From NCBI RefSeq assembly GCF_902652985.1, contig NC_047018.1:17670001-17734000 (forward strand): a DNA stretch of 64,000 bases, read 5' to 3'. Positions 50,772-60,982 of this stretch are shown here, one piece after another (positions within the stretch are counted from its first letter, which is position 1; every line of letters begins with the position of its first letter). The position numbers and the translations under genes were made by a program. Source of the DNA: Pecten maximus. Taxonomy: Eukaryota. Below the pieces are notes generated by a model. The model did no database searches and was not told the origin of the DNA. It saw nothing but the letters and a program-made list of their open reading frames with translations.

Positions 50772-53700
50772 CTAAAGAGTTATTGTGGTTTTCCCAACAT
50801 ATAACTTCAGATGATCATGGTGTACAACCTTGGGTTTGGACTTAGCACTGCGCTGGATACGATAAATGTTGTCATTTAAACGCTCGAGTACTACAAATGG
50901 ACCGCTCCACTTTTTCTGGAATTTATTTCTTCGTCCTTTCCTTTGGGAATCATAAAGCCAAACCTGGGCACCGCGATCATATCTGTGCAATTCTGCATGT
51001 GCATCATAAGCTCTTTTCATCCTATCACTTGACAATTTTAATTTATCACGTGCAAATTTGTGAATGGTTTCTAATTGTTTGGCCAAGTTGTAAGCATAAT
51101 CACTCTGAAACTCGTGATTTTCTTTAACAGGTTCTACACGTCCGAGGACCAAATCTACCGGAAGGGAAACCTTACGGCCTAACATCATCTCGCAGGGGGA
51201 GACACCGGTACTGTCATGTTCAGCTGATCGGTAAGCTAGCATCAACAGGTAAACGTGTTGGTCCCAATCTTTTTGGTTATTTGATACAAAAGCGGATAAC
51301 ATATTCGCGATTGTTCTATTTGCTCTTTCAATCATTCCGTCTGATTGGGGTCGATAAGGTGTTGTCCTTGTCTTTTCTATTCCTAGAATATTACACATTT
51401 CTTGTATAACTGTCGATTCAAAATTTTGACCCTGGTCTGAATGTAACTGCATGGGAACTCCGAAAAGGGAGACAACTCTCTCTATAATTTTCTCTGCAAT
51501 ACTGTGAGCTTTTTGATCCCTAATTGGTACAGCATCTACCCACTTTGTAAAGTAATCACCCATCACCAACAAATAGCTATTTCCTTTACTGCTAACTGGT
51601 AGTGGTCCCATGATATCTACTGCTAGTCTTTCCATGGGGGCCCCAACAAGATATTGTTTTAAAGGGGATCTATGTTTCCTTCTAACTGTCTTCCTCTGTG
51701 CACACTGATCACAAATTCTGCACCAGTGCTTTACATCCTCCCTCAGATGGTACCAGAAATATCTTGATTTTACTTTTGATAATGTTTTCTTTACACCAAG
51801 ATGTCCACCAGTAATTGAATCATGTAATTCTTTCAAAACAAAGTCAACCAAACAGCTAGGTATTACCTTGTGATATTCTATGATACTGCCAAAATTAGAT
51901 TCCCATTGTCTAGTCAACACCCCATCTACTAGTTGTAAAGATTCGAATCTTGACCAGTAGTATTTGACAGCCTCACTCAAATGGCTTATTTCAGGCCAAG
52001 GAGGTTTTTCTCCTTTACATATCCATTGCAGAATATGCCTCAGGTCAGGATCTCTTTCCTGTAACTCTTTTAGTTTCTTTGGTGTAATGTCATTTGTTTC
52101 ATTTGTCTGGGTCTCTACACATGGTTTTGTAGGAGTCTGTAATTTGCTGGACCTAGTAATAACATCTACCTCTATGGAACAGTTATAACGTCCTTCTGCT
52201 TTACCACAGAACCTACAGTCATCCTCCCCATGGCATGGACGTCTAGATAGAGCATCAGCATTACCATGACTGCGACCTGCCCTGTGTTCAACCTCAAAGT
52301 CATATGAGGACAGCAGTTCAAACCACCTGGCTATTTGGCCTTCAGGGTTTTTGAAGTTCAACAGCCACCTGAGTGCACCATGGTCAGTCCTGACCTTAAA
52401 GTGTCGTCCATACAGGTAATGGTGGAAATGTTTGACAGAGCTCACTATAGCGAGCAATTCTCTCCTAGTCACACAATACTTTCTTTCTGTCTTGCAAAAG
52501 GCTTTACTGTAATAGCAGAGGACCTTCTCTTTTCCTTCCTGCTCTTGAGACAGTACAGCACCTAACCCATTGTCACTAGCATCTGTGTCCAAAATAAATG
52601 CACCTTCAAGTGTAGGATAAGCTAGTATGGGAGCACTTACTAGGGCTCGCTTCAGTTTGTCAAATGCAACTGCACACCCCTCACTCCAGGTAAATGTCTG
52701 ATCATGTTCAGTCAATTTGTGAAGAGGTCTAGCTATATCTGCAAAGTTCCTTACAAATCTTCTATAATAGGAGCAAAGTCCTAAGAAGCTACGAATATCC
52801 TTGACATTCTTTGGAACGGGCCAGTTCTGAACTGCAGCAATTTTACTCTGGTCTGTAGATACACCTTCATCGCTAACTACATGGCCAAGAAAGGACACTT
52901 GTTTTTGTAAAAGATTACATTTCTTTGGACTTAACTTTAGGTTTGCTTCTCTCAGCCTCTCAAATACAAGTCTAAGGTTTTCTATGTGTTTATCAAAGGT
53001 CTTTGAGAAAACAATGATATCATCTAAGTACACTAAGCATATTTTGAAGGACAACTTCATCAACACCTTCTCCATCAACCTCTCAAATGTACCAGGTGCA
53101 TTACATAATCCAAATGGCATGGATATGAACTGCCATAATCCACTGCCAGGTATTGAGAATGCTGTCTTTGGTCTGTCTTCTTCTGCAACCTTAACTTGCC
53201 AATACCCCGATTTTAGGTCAAGGGTGGAAAACCATTTTGAACCTGCAAGAGCATCTAGTGTATCGTCAATTCGAGGCAAAGGGTGGGAATCTTTGATAGT
53301 CACGTCATTAAGTCTCCTATAGTCAATGCAAAATCTAATTGACTGATCTTTCTTTTTCACTAACACTACAGGCGAAGACCAGGGGCTATCAGAAGGTTCT
53401 ATGATACCTTTATCTGCCATATCCTTTATCTCTTGTTCTGCCTCTTGAACCTTAGAAAGGGGTATCCTTCTAGGATGTTGTCGGATAGGGCGTGTAGTAC
53501 CTGTATCTATCTTGTGTTGTACTAAATTAGTCATCCCCATGTCGTCTGTTGATTTTGAGAAAACATCCTGATTATCAATCAGCAGATCTTTTAGTAAATC
53601 TCTCTCCCCTGGGGATAAATTGTGACTAGATCTTGTGAACATATCATTTAAATGTTCTGGTATTTCCTGCTCTTTAGGTGTTTGGTCAGTTCCTATTTGA

Positions 53701-54545
53701 TTTACAATATGTTCCTCAATAGTACAGTCATCTAAGGCTTCTACATTGGCTATGACAGTTTCACTGTATAGCGTATAGGGCTCATCACCTAGATTCACTA
53801 CTCTAATGGGTACTACTCCTCTGCTGGGGTCAATGACAGTTTTAGCAATGAGAACATTCTCAGATTGCTTAAATCTCTGTGAGGGTTCTACCAATCCATT
53901 GGTTTCCCTCCAGACGGGATCCATAAATCTGCCTGTGATAATCATCTCACTATTTGCGGGAACAATCTGTTTCTCCACCACAGCCACTCTTGAACACGAG
54001 GGCTTTTTCTCCTCACAAAATTTGAAACAGGGTACCTTCATACCGTCAACCGCTATACACTGCTTACTCAGCAACACATCACAGGAGTTTTTAGACAGGA
54101 AATCCATACCAATGATTCCTTTGTCCTTAATATCTGCCACAAGCACATTGTGCTTAAACACATTTGATCCTAACTGTATATTGACTACACATTCTCCAAC
54201 AAAGGGTTTCCTATCCCCAGTAGCTGTTACTAAATCTATTTCTACAGGAACAATATTCAGGTCAAACTCCAGGCTTTGTATAAAGTTATTACTTAAAATA
54301 GTAACATTCGCCCCAGTATCTATAAGCATAGGAATGAGTTGATTCTGAACCTTAGCTGACACAAACAACCCTTCTCTAGTTCCCCCTGAACTTCTAACAG
54401 AAATCTGCTTTCTATTTTTCTCTGATTCTCCATGATTGATATTTTCTCTTTCATATCCTTCACCCTTGTTATTATACTTAAGATCCCTTGAGGGCCCATC
54501 TATTCTAGTCGAGCTGCGGCCCCCAACTACGACTGAACTTGGTTT
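50772..54545 (-). CDS. pol: Pol polyprotein (protease, reverse transcriptase, RNase H, integrase), translated by -1 frameshift from gag
   Basis: LIDTGA, RFCIDYRRLN, LDLKSGYWQV, MPFGL, YLDD, DTDAS, TDH, HHCC (H..GGHLG..CRICDQC), DDE (AVDIMGP, HSDQG, GMIERAN), GPF motif. Uninterrupted. Confidence 0.98.
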   Translation of the reverse strand, partial: KPSSVVVGGRSSTRIDGPSRDLKYNNKGEGYERENINHGESEKNRKQISVRSSGGTREGLFVSAKVQNQLIPMLIDTGANVTILSNNFIQSLEFDLNIVPVEIDLVTATGDRKPFVGECVVNIQLGSNVFKHNVLVADIKDKGIIGMDFLSKNSCDVLLSKQCIAVDGMKVPCFKFCEEKKPSCSRVAVVEKQIVPANSEMIITGRFMDPVWRETNGLVEPSQRFKQSENVLIAKTVIDPSRGVVPIRVVNLGDEPYTLYSETVIANVEALDDCTIEEHIVNQIGTDQTPKEQEIPEHLNDMFTRSSHNLSPGERDLLKDLLIDNQDVFSKSTDDMGMTNLVQHKIDTGTTRPIRQHPRRIPLSKVQEAEQEIKDMADKGIIEPSDSPWSSPVVLVKKKDQSIRFCIDYRRLNDVTIKDSHPLPRIDDTLDALAGSKWFSTLDLKSGYWQVKVAEEDRPKTAFSIPGSGLWQFISMPFGLCNAPGTFERLMEKVLMKLSFKICLVYLDDIIVFSKTFDKHIENLRLVFERLREANLKLSPKKCNLLQKQVSFLGHVVSDEGVSTDQSKIAAVQNWPVPKNVKDIRSFLGLCSYYRRFVRNFADIARPLHKLTEHDQTFTWSEGCAVAFDKLKRALVSAPILAYPTLEGAFILDTDASDNGLGAVLSQEQEGKEKVLCYYSKAFCKTERKYCVTRRELLAIVSSVKHFHHYLYGRHFKVRTDHGALRWLLNFKNPEGQIARWFELLSSYDFEVEHRAGRSHGNADALSRRPCHGEDDCRFCGKAEGRYNCSIEVDVITRSSKLQTPTKPCVETQTNETNDITPKKLKELQERDPDLRHILQWICKGEKPPWPEISHLSEAVKYYWSRFESLQLVDGVLTRQWESNFGSIIEYHKVIPSCLVDFVLKELHDSITGGHLGVKKTLSKVKSRYFWYHLREDVKHWCRICDQCAQRKTVRRKHRSPLKQYLVGAPMERLAVDIMGPLPVSSKGNSYLLVMGDYFTKWVDAVPIRDQKAHSIAEKIIERVVSLFGVPMQLHSDQGQNFESTVIQEMCNILGIEKTRTTPYRPQSDGMIERANRTIANMLSAFVSNNQKDWDQHVYLLMLAYRSAEHDSTGVSPCEMMLGRKVSLPVDLVLGRVEPVKENHEFQSDYAYNLAKQLETIHKFARDKLKLSSDRMKRAYDAHAELHRYDRGAQVWLYDSQRKGRRNKFQKKWSGPFVVLERLNDNIYRIQRSAKSKPKVVHHDHLKLYVGKTTITL

Positions 54546-54548
54546 CCC
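54493..54548 (-). promoter_or_regulatory. -1 ribosomal frameshift signal: slippery heptamer G GGA AAC plus a putative H-type pseudoknot
   Basis: GGGAAAC at 54548-54542 in the gag frame; pol is in the -1 frame. Downstream stem agtcg.agttg/cagctcgact has a loop gggcc complementary to ggccc further 3'. Confidence 0.8.
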
Positions 54549-55789
54549 TGGTTGATGTTTCCATTGTACCACCCATTGGAGTTTCCCCCTTTCTGGTTGG
54601 ACCATTTTCTATTTGAATTACCACTCGGGTTCCATCCCCTTTGGTGGTTATTTGACTGAGTTTGTTTATTTCCCCCTTTATTTGAGTCTACTTTTGTTTT
54701 ACTGTCAGACTGCTTCTGTAATTTCACCAAGGCCTTAATTTCCTTTGTGAGAGAGCTAAGCTCATCTTTGAATCCCTGAAGCAAGGAGGCAGTGCTGTCA
54801 GTTTCACAAGTGGGTTTTTGTGTGCTGTCAGCCGTAGTACTACAGACTGTGCGTGTAGGTCTACTCCTTTGCTTATCTGCAAGTCGATGGGTCTCAAGTC
54901 TAACTGCTTGGATTTCTGCTTCATTTATGTCTCTTGGTCTTGACTCCTTTAGTCGCAGTCTTATGTCAGCGTCTGGAATTGATTCAATGAAATTTTCCAG
55001 TGCTAGAGTCCCTACTAATTTGGAGTCAGCAGTCGGGTAGGCACGTCGTGTCAGTCTCCTTATTGATTGAGCTAATTCCGGAATTGATTCCTCTTTAGCA
55101 CGTACACGAGTTTGTAATTGAGCTCGAAATAATTCCGCTTTTTCTGCAGAACCAAATCTAAATTTCAAGGCTTCAACTAAAGATTTGAAATCTCTACGAC
55201 TGGTTTCATCTAACTCGCTCAGAACTGCACGGGCACTTCCAGATAAACTACCAGCTAAATACAGTGATTTAGAAGCATATGACCAATTGTTTAGTTCCGC
55301 TAAGATTTCAAACTGCGAGATATATTCCTCAAAGTCTTCGCACCCGTCATACTGCTGTGGCTTCATTAAAACCTTATTTACTGCAGCATGTTTTGATTGG
55401 AAAGGTACACTCGGAAATGAATTTGTACGGTTATCATTCCTATTTCGGTCATTGTTTAACGGTGTGCTATGCCTAGAACCCATTATGTGATCACCACGAT
55501 CATCTTCAACACCTATCTCTGCATCTTGTACTTTATTTTCTAAATCTTCAAGAACTGCTCTTAGATTATTGATTTGTTCTTTTAATTCACCTTTATCTGC
55601 CCTGCATTTAATGTTCTCTACATTTCTATTTTCAGATACAGTTTCTCTATCTGGTACAACAATTTCAGCATCCTCAATGGGACAACTAGAGCTCATCTGC
55701 ACCTCAGTATCATCACCTTCATGTGTACTAGCATTTTCATCCATGCCAATCAACAGATTACGGCCAAAGAACACCTCAGAGTCATCCAT
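54527..55789 (-). CDS. gag: Gag (capsid-like), 420 aa
   Basis: Lies after the PBS. KPQQYDGCEDFEEYISQFE, LAGSLSGSA, LKFRFG, R.RAKEESIPELAQSIRRLTRRAYP. No CCHC knuckle. Confidence 0.95.
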   Translation of the reverse strand: MDDSEVFFGRNLLIGMDENASTHEGDDTEVQMSSSCPIEDAEIVVPDRETVSENRNVENIKCRADKGELKEQINNLRAVLEDLENKVQDAEIGVEDDRGDHIMGSRHSTPLNNDRNRNDNRTNSFPSVPFQSKHAAVNKVLMKPQQYDGCEDFEEYISQFEILAELNNWSYASKSLYLAGSLSGSARAVLSELDETSRRDFKSLVEALKFRFGSAEKAELFRAQLQTRVRAKEESIPELAQSIRRLTRRAYPTADSKLVGTLALENFIESIPDADIRLRLKESRPRDINEAEIQAVRLETHRLADKQRSRPTRTVCSTTADSTQKPTCETDSTASLLQGFKDELSSLTKEIKALVKLQKQSDSKTKVDSNKGGNKQTQSNNHQRGWNPSGNSNRKWSNQKGGNSNGWYNGNINQGNQVQS

Positions 55790-55962
55790 TTTTGTTCTTG
55801 TTAATTACAAAATAAATATCTTTAAATGACTGCTCTGGCTTTGTCAGGTGTTACCAGGAAAGCATGTTATCAAACATCTATGTATACATTGCATTTGCTG
55901 TTTGGCTTGTTAATCTGTTAAGTTTTCTGCTCTGACTGTTCACTGAATGACAAAATATGAAG

Positions 55963-55980
55963 ATCCCACTTCTGACACCA
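55963..55980 (-). promoter_or_regulatory. Primer binding site complementary to the tRNA-Leu 3' end
   Basis: TGGTGTCAGAAGTGGGAT, one base after the 5' LTR. Confidence 0.9.
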
Positions 55981-56596
55981 ATGTTGCCGCCCAGCCCGTA
56001 AGGCTAGAGAAAACAACTTTTTGTGGATCTTTTGTCCCCAGTTGTTAAACAGACCAGAACAGACAAACAAAGACAGATATAAATTTAAAGCATTTATTAA
56101 CAAGCACAATAATCAACAAATATACAATGTATAGTTACCCCTAATGCCTCATTTAATAGGCTTACCCCTAGAAATATACAGTACCTAATAATGCACAGTC
56201 ATAGTGAAGGTGCAAGGCAAGTCCTCAGAAGGTGCACTGTGAAGGTGCTACCAGACCGTGAAGGTGCTACCTACTCTGAAGGTGCAATCAGTGAAGGTGC
56301 TACCAAGCATAGAATGGTGCTACAGTGTCTACTAAGGTGCATTATTGGCCTTAAGATATTCATATACCATAAGGTTTACATAATAAATACATAAATAATA
56401 GTAAATTGATTGACTGAATAGTTATAACCCCATACACGCGACCGTACACATCTTCCTGAAGGTGCAACCAAGTCTGAAGGTGCTGCTAAGTCTGAAGGTG
56501 CTATTTAGCACAACTTATATATATATATATTCAGCACTGGGATCATACAGTAAATTGTCTGTCCAACAGCATTATGTTCTCCTGCTGGGTATTTAC

Positions 56597-56608
56597 CTCG
56601 GCTGCCAT
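56597..56608 (-). CDS. Putative 4-codon initiator mini-exon (MAAE) for ORF3, inside the 5' LTR
   Basis: gctATGGCAGCCGAG|GTAAAT: good Kozak context and a phase-0 donor, ~100 nt downstream of a TATA-like box. In frame with the phase-0 acceptor at 50703. Confidence 0.6.
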
Positions 56609-56679
56609 AGCTATGCATACAATCTGGTTCAATCTGGTTCAGCTATCAGCTACAGGGACGTGGGCTACCGTTCACGACA

Positions 56680-56800
56680 GAATGCCACTCTGTGCTGGCT
56701 GTCACCGCTATTTATGCACTGTGTGACGTCACAAATCTGTAGACGTCACACCCATTCAATTTCCCGCGCTCGTTGACTCTCAATACTGTCAGCCAATCAG
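56680..56800 (-). promoter_or_regulatory. Putative LTR Pol II promoter
   Basis: CATAAATAG TATA-like box (56716-56708), TGACGTCA CRE palindrome (~56724-56731), CCAAT box (~56793), Inr-like GCATTC ~25-30 nt downstream of the TATA-like box. Confidence 0.6.
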
Positions 56801-57109
56801 CAGCGTTGTTACAACAGTTAGGCAAATGCTCTTGAATCCCGGCGATGTTTACGAAGAACAACTCTCCTTGTTTACGATGCAAAAACCGCTATTTTCTGAT
56901 GAAATACAGACTGCTACATCGTAATTATGATCAATAGGTATGTGTTATGTGTTCAAGAACCGTTAGTTTTAATAGTCTTGTATCGTCAATACGTATAATG
57001 AATATAACAGCGGAGAATCGGACTCGTGTGCAAACAGCTGGCTGCGCCATATTGTTTTGCTGTCTCGGACATGTGGTCGGGAACAGACTGCACTGCCGTG
57101 TGTGTAACA

Positions 57110-57988
57110 GATGTCCACTTATAGGTAGCGTCATGGTAGATGTCCACTTATAGGTAACGTCATGGTAGATGTCCACTTATAGGTAACGTCATGGTAGATG
57201 TCCACTTATAGGTAACGTCATGGTAGATGTCCACTTATAGGTAACGTCATGGTAGATGTCCACTTATAGGTGGCGTCATGGTAGATGTCCACTTATAGGT
57301 AACGTCATGGTAGATGTCCACTTATAGGTAGCGTCATGGTAGATGTCCACTTATAGGTAACGTCATGGTAGATGTCCACTTATAGGTAACGTCATGGTAG
57401 ATGTCCACTTATAGGTAACGTCATGGTAGATGTCCACTTATAGGTAACGTCATGGTAGATGTCCACTTATAGGTAACGTCATGGTAGATGTCCACTTATA
57501 GGTAACGTCATGGTAGATGTCCACTTATAGGTAACGTCATGGTAGATGTCCACTTATAGGTAACGTCATGGTAGATGTCCACTTATGGGTAACGTCATGG
57601 TAGATGTCCACTTATAGGTAGCGTCATGGTAGATGTCCACTTATAGGTAACGTCATGGTAGATGTCCACTTATAGGTGGCGTCATGGTAGATGTCCACTT
57701 ATAGGTAACGCTATGGTAGATGTCCACTTATAGGTAACGTCATGGTAGATGTCCACTTATAGGTAGCGTCATGGTAGATGTCCACTTATAGGTGGCGTCA
57801 TGGTAGATGTCCACTTATAGGTGGCGTCATGGTAGATGTCCACTTATAGGTAACGTTATGGTAGATGTCCACTTATAGGTAACGCTATGGTAGATGTCCA
57901 CTTATAGGTAACGCTATGGTAGATGTCCACTTTGGGGTAGCGTCATGGTAGATGTCCACTTATAGGTAACGCTATGGTAGATGTCCAC
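57110..57988. repeat. Satellite, 29-bp unit, ~30 copies, abutting the LTR
   Basis: ggtagatgtccacttataggtaacgtcat. Confidence 0.97.
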
Positions 57989-58665
57989 CAAACGTGTGTC
58001 AAAGTTGGCTTTATTGATTTAACCTACTTCGACAAAATTCATAATTCATTTAAAGAGCTATATCACAAATCATCATATGACTATGGTTTTTTTTATTCAG
58101 AATAGACTACAAATTGCATGACCTGTTAAGATTATACTTTGTACAGATACATTCCTTCATTTATCTAGGTCAATTAAATTTTACACTTGTGACTTCTTCC
58201 CGTCTACATTTCATCATTTATCTAAATATATAAAATATACACTTTGAAGCATCATTGACGAGTCCTAGAGAATGGTACAGATGTATGATCAGTTTTATAT
58301 TCGTTATTCGTCGCAAACCGCTAATAATATCCATTACAGATTATATTCACTTTTGTGTCTATTGTACAATTTAGTTTGATACAACAAATACAATTGGTAA
58401 TTTACGATAAATTATATACAATTTTAATACAATATATTATATAAGATAAGGTATACCATCATTTTATAATTGAAAGTTTGCCACTGATAAATACAGGCTT
58501 ATACTGCCGATATAACAGTTATTCGTATGACGTCATTTACTATGCTTGCAATATCTTTATCGCATATTCCAAGAACATAATTACTTACCAAATATAGTAT
58601 TGTAAAAGTTACAGTTGAAACTTTAGTTCATATAAATCTTAACGTATCAAACATTGTGTCCACAG

Positions 58666-58905
58666 ATCGAAAACGCCAAAACGGCTACTCCATCATTGTG
58701 TCAAGGTCGTCTACATACCTACCCATGACACCTTACAACACCTGTTATAGTGATACGGACCCTAGGCTGAGTGACAGAAACAACGAAACCCAGTGGTGTA
58801 GTAACATAGGCAGTTATGTCACTATCTACAACCAAAGGAATACCCTCTCGGGGCGAACCTATAGTAGAAATGCTGTGTTAGAGTTGTGTGAGGTTAAGGT
58901 CATGG
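58666..58905 (+). CDS. F-type lectin/galactose-binding-like domain, C-terminal half; first visible exon of a MEGF10/SCARF-like multi-EGF gene
   Basis: Bounded by cacag| and G|gtatgt, phase 1-1. RQNGYSIIVS..CYSD..CSNIGSYVTIYNQR..AVLELCEVKVMG. Confidence 0.85.
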
Positions 58906-59024
58906 GTATGTATCGAATCAATATTCTATATCCATATTTGGCATTAGATAGATATAAACATCTTATTATCAATCATATAACAAAAGGTTTGATAGTTTTT
59001 ATTTCCCATTTTATTGACTTTACT

Positions 59025-59760
59025 TTTATTAGGGTCATCACCATGCTTCGTCGGTCGTCGTGCGCCTTCCGCCGTGCGTAAACTTTTCACATTTCAAACT
59101 TTTTCTCAAGTTCAACTGGTGGGATTTAGCTGAAACTTGCCTGGAATCATCCTGAGATGGTCTTGGCCCAGTCTTGTTATTATTCGGGTCGGTCTGAAGT
59201 CCAAGATCGCCGCCATGGCCGCCATCTTGAAAAACACATTTTAAACGTCTTCTTCATTTCCATTGGTGCCATTAAGGTAGAAATTGGTGAGGATGTTAAG
59301 GAAGGGGAGCCAACAAAGTGTTATTAGTTTTCGGCCTCGTTAAGCCTTTGACATGGCAGCCATGGCGGCCATTTTGTAACATGATTGTGCAATCATGGTT
59401 TTCCTAAACAACACCTTTTTTTCAATCTTCTTCGCAAGTTCCACCAGTGGGATTCAGCACTATCTTACATGAAATGACCCTGAGATGGTCCTGTTATTTT
59501 TCGGTTCGGTCAGAAATCTTAAAGCTTCTTCTATAGTTTCCACTGGTGTCATTGAAGTAGAAATTGGTGAGGATGTTAAGGAAGGGGAGCTACCAAAGTG
59601 TTGTTATTTTTCAACCTCGTAAAAACTTTGACATGGCAGCCATGGTGTTGTTTATTTTCTGGTCGGTCCGAAATCCACGATGACCGCCGTGGTCAACAGT
59701 GCCACTATACTTGCTACTGAGTATGTATAATACAATAGTACAAGGGTCTTTAGAGTCAGA
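59025..59760 (+). mobile_element. Helentron-associated (HINE/DINE-1-like) non-autonomous repeat with internal tandem units; similar decayed pieces at ~61020-62420
   Basis: cgtcggtcgtcgt microsatellite head, ttttcacatttcaaactt motif, duplicated internal blocks (59260-59365 resembles 59540-59645). Confidence 0.5.
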
Positions 59761-60179
59761 TTATCGTTAAGTTACGAATCGAATCGTCTCGCATGAGTGA
59801 AGCATCTTGTGTAAAGTGACTACGTCAGTATTCCGACGAATAACAAATCCGTTATTCAAATTCGAAATCGATCACATGAAAACAACGTACCAACGAAAGA
59901 AAGGAACTTACTCAGCCCATTGACAAATTATAAAGAAACTGATTCCGAGAAAACATTTGAATAGTGACACGGTTCAGAATGTAGATATGCACTAACAGTT
60001 CTTTCTTAGACAATCAATATTGAAAATTGTTATATGCTGCAGTTTGAGTCATATTGGTCTAATCTCCAAAACTCAAAACGATAACTTCAGCAGCAAACGA
60101 CGAAGACACAATATTCACCAGCGAGCCGTACATACTTGTAACGAAATGAAACACTGTGTAATATTGGTTTATTCTACAG

Positions 60180-60317
60180 GTTGCCCAATACACAAATATG
60201 GCGATGACTGTAGAGAAAAATGTCCACTAAACTGCAAGGACACACTTTGTTTTCCCAGGAATGGAACATGTATCAAAGGATGTTCAGTAGGTTTTACTGG
60301 AGCTAAATGTCACAAAC
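60180..60317 (+). CDS. EGF-like (MEGF-type) repeat exon 1
   Basis: GCPIHKYGDDCREKCPLNCKDTLCFPRNGTCIKGCSVGFTGAKCHK; AG/GT boundaries, phase 1-1. Confidence 0.92.
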
Positions 60318-60847
60318 GTGAGTACAGCGTACTTGGTATTTCACAAGCTTCGGAATCCTTTTTAGAAGTCTAGAAAGCACGAGTGAAGAAAATGGTTTTT
60401 CGTTAATGCCAAAACAGGAAATATAAAAAAAAAAAAAAAAAATACGTCATAATTAGTCTATAATTTGTAAAGGTAGCCCCGTTGATGGTTTTCATATTGG
60501 TAATCCTTAACAGCAGTAAAATGACGTAGCATATCAAGTGTTCATCGTAATCAATCTATCAAGTGCGAGTTGTCAGCGTTAAGTTTTTTTTTTTTTTTTT
60601 TTTCTTTCTTTTTTTATTAATTTTTTTTTTCAATTCAATAGTGTGTCAGTATAATTTTCGGTACGGTTACAGATTTATCAACATGACTTACTCTAACATT
60701 ATATCATTGTTATTGGAATCAATAGTTTCTTGGTTTATTCCATGAAATGTGTGAGAGTAAGGTGTCTGACAACCAATACGATTTGTCACTTTGATTCGAT
60801 TTCGCAATGAATATATGAATATCTTTATTCCGTATTTTTTGTTTCAG

Positions 60848-60982
60848 CCTGTAATAGCTACAATTATGGAAAAGATTGTAGTTACAAATGTCATTGTAAG
60901 AACGGATCCTGCAATAACATAGATGGCACCTGTCCTTCTGGCGGATGTAGCCTTGGCTACACGGGCAAAACATGCAGCAAGA
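60848..60982 (+). CDS. EGF-like repeat exon 2
   Basis: CNSYNYGKDCSYKCHCKNGSCNNIDGTCPSGGCSLGYTGKTCSK; AG/GT boundaries, phase 1-1. Not in the ORF track. Confidence 0.92.

Larger units (their letters stand above)
46371..57109 (-). mobile_element. Full-length Ty3/Gypsy LTR retrotransposon (10.7 kb) with gag, pol and an accessory third gene
   Basis: Two near-identical TG..CA LTRs, tRNA-Leu PBS, PPT, intact gag, and pol in PR-RT-RH-IN order. No TSD. Confidence 0.98.
55982..57109 (-). repeat. 5' LTR (1128 bp)
   Basis: By eye it differs from the 3' LTR by a 3-bp indel, one extra TA unit and two substitutions. Confidence 0.97.

Noticed and set aside
52984-55829. Plus-strand ORFs overlapping gag/pol
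   Set aside because: Antisense shadows with no recognisable motifs.
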